A stretch of DNA of 64,000 nucleotides from the human T2T-CHM13v2.0 reference genome, Homo sapiens: NCBI RefSeq assembly GCF_009914755.1, contig NC_060948.1. One strand, 5' to 3'. A program made the position numbers and the translations under genes. The first letter of the stretch is position 1; every line of letters begins with the position of its first letter. Positions 62,150 through 64,000 of this stretch are shown here, in pieces. The notes under the pieces were generated by a model, which ran no database searches, was not told where the DNA came from, and worked only from the letters and a program-made list of their open reading frames with translations.

Positions 62150-63830
62150 TTATAATGTACTTTGATATATTGAAGGTTGAATTCTCCCACGATATTTTCT
62201 TTTTCAACATACAATTGTATATGTTAGAATCACTTCTTTCCATATAGGTTTTAGAATCAGCATGTTGCTATTGTAAGTGATAGTTTTTTTAAATTATACT
62301 TTCCAGATCTGTGGCTGTTGTACAGAAATGCAATACGTTTATATGTACTGATTTATGTTCCCAAAATAGTGCTAATAGCTTAACTATTTTTACAGTTTAA
62401 TGTGTATGTCATTTTGCTTCCTCTCCCACATCAATTTCAGAAATTAATTTCCAAGTGCCCTTCAAATTCTGTTCAAATTTTGTTCGTCATATCACTTATT
62501 ATAAAAATAAGTGAGAGGAGATTTGACTTATTTTTATGCCTCTCTATTTATATAGATGTTTCTTGTTGATAATGAATAAAACTTTATACTTTTCTAGATC
62601 TTTTCAGGGTTATTGTTGCTATCTTAAATAAATATTTAAAGTGAATTTCCTAATTATTGGAGTAGACAATTGCTATTAATTTTTAGATTATGATTTTTTG
62701 GTTAAACTTTCTAATTAAATCTAATAGAGCATCTGTAGTTCTATTAGTGTTTCTATTCATACAATAATATCAGATGCATATAATGCATTACTGCTTTTCT
62801 TTGCATTTTTCTTGATGTAGTGAACTGGCTGAGCTTTCCAAGATGTGGTTGAACTGAAGTGAAGATAGAGAATTTTCTTCTATTTTTCCTCATTTAAATG
62901 AGCACAATTTTATTAGGTTACCATTATGAATGATGATTGCTGTTGATGTCTGAGATCTGATTTGTGATGACCATTAAAACCTTTTAAGTTTTTATTTCAG
63001 CCAAGAAATTTTGCTTGTTAATGTTTCCTTGACTGTTGTTCCTTATACTTTAAGTGAACTGACCTTCAATCTTTCTCTGTAACTCTTGATATTATCATAC
63101 AATTTTTTCATCAAGTCTCTTAAAGCGGTGAATGATGTTTGAAAATTTGCTTATATAAAATCACTCTTTAACCATAACGGTCATGATTTACTATATTTTT
63201 AAGGGTTTATTCAATTCTGTTTACTAATATTTTATTCAGAATATTTACTTCTAAATTCATAAGTAACATGGGTCTATATTTTTTAATACTGTAAGTTTCA
63301 TTTTGGTATTAAGATTTTATTTTTTATAGCATAGTTGAAGAATAATCTAATTTTTCCAATTTCTTTGACTAGTATATATAAAATTGGAATTATTTCTCCC
63401 TTCAAATTTTTGTAATAGTGCCCTACCAAATTTTAGATAAGCCACCAAAATTTGGATGATTAGAAGACCCCAATAAACAGGAATCTGGCATTGATCATGA
63501 AGATTATTTAGACCTACCAAAAAATCTTCTTTGTGTGAAGATTTTTTTTAAATTAAGCTAAATCAGGTTTCCTACTTGTTAAATCAGTTTTTGATATTTG
63601 TCCATATCATCTGAGTTTTCAAATTTACAGATATCAGTATTCTCATACTATGTTTTTATTCTCTTTTAAACCTCTTCTCTATTTGTGGTTATATCTTTTC
63701 ATTAGTATTAGTATTTCTTTGGAATTCTTACTTTTCTTAACTATTTGTTTAAACATTTTATCAATCTTTTCAAAGAACCAAATTTTTATATGTGTTAGTG
63801 TTATATTTTTAATAATTATATTAATATTGT
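62150..63830 (-). mobile_element. Old L1ME ORF2 fragments
   Basis: ttttagaatcagcatgtt, ttttggtattaagattt, atcttttcaaagaacca-like motifs. Confidence 0.65.
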
Positions 63831-64000
63831 TTTGAATGCAAATACCAGGCTTCTGGATAAGGGCAGGTTTATTATTATTATATACATAATAGTAGCTATG
63901 CTAATTTCCCTTTGCCTCAGTGCTTAACCCTAGCATAAAACTATGAGAGACAAATGTCATCATGTGCATATTGGAGTAGGTAAAAAATACCAAAAGTATA

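Overview
AT-rich, repeat-dense primate (human-like) genomic DNA, intergenic or deep intronic. I can support no protein-coding gene, tRNA, rRNA or CRISPR array: the supplied ORFs are decayed L1 ORF1/ORF2 fragments, antisense Alu/LTR frames or low-complexity noise. Most of the window is LINE-1 (L1PB/L1PA/L1MA/L1MC/L1ME-like), Alus, solo LTRs (LTR12, MER51-like, MLT2, MST, MLT1, MER34-like and others), Tigger/hAT DNA elements, L2/MIR and microsatellites. Subfamily names come from recalled consensus sequences and are approximate. The most notable signal is a set of local template-switch repair scars readable in the sequence: a three-segment templated insertion at 35.8-36.0 kb, two fold-back inversions with inverted duplicated breakpoints (19.7-20.6 kb and 29.4-29.6 kb), a ~207-bp templated duplication at 4.0 kb and a 24-bp LTR12 patch inside a TA-rich tract at 23.1 kb. 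There is also a candidate non-coding exon/enhancer at 7.7-8.0 kb and a consensus RFX X-box at 15.8 kb. I do not see a new gene system here.
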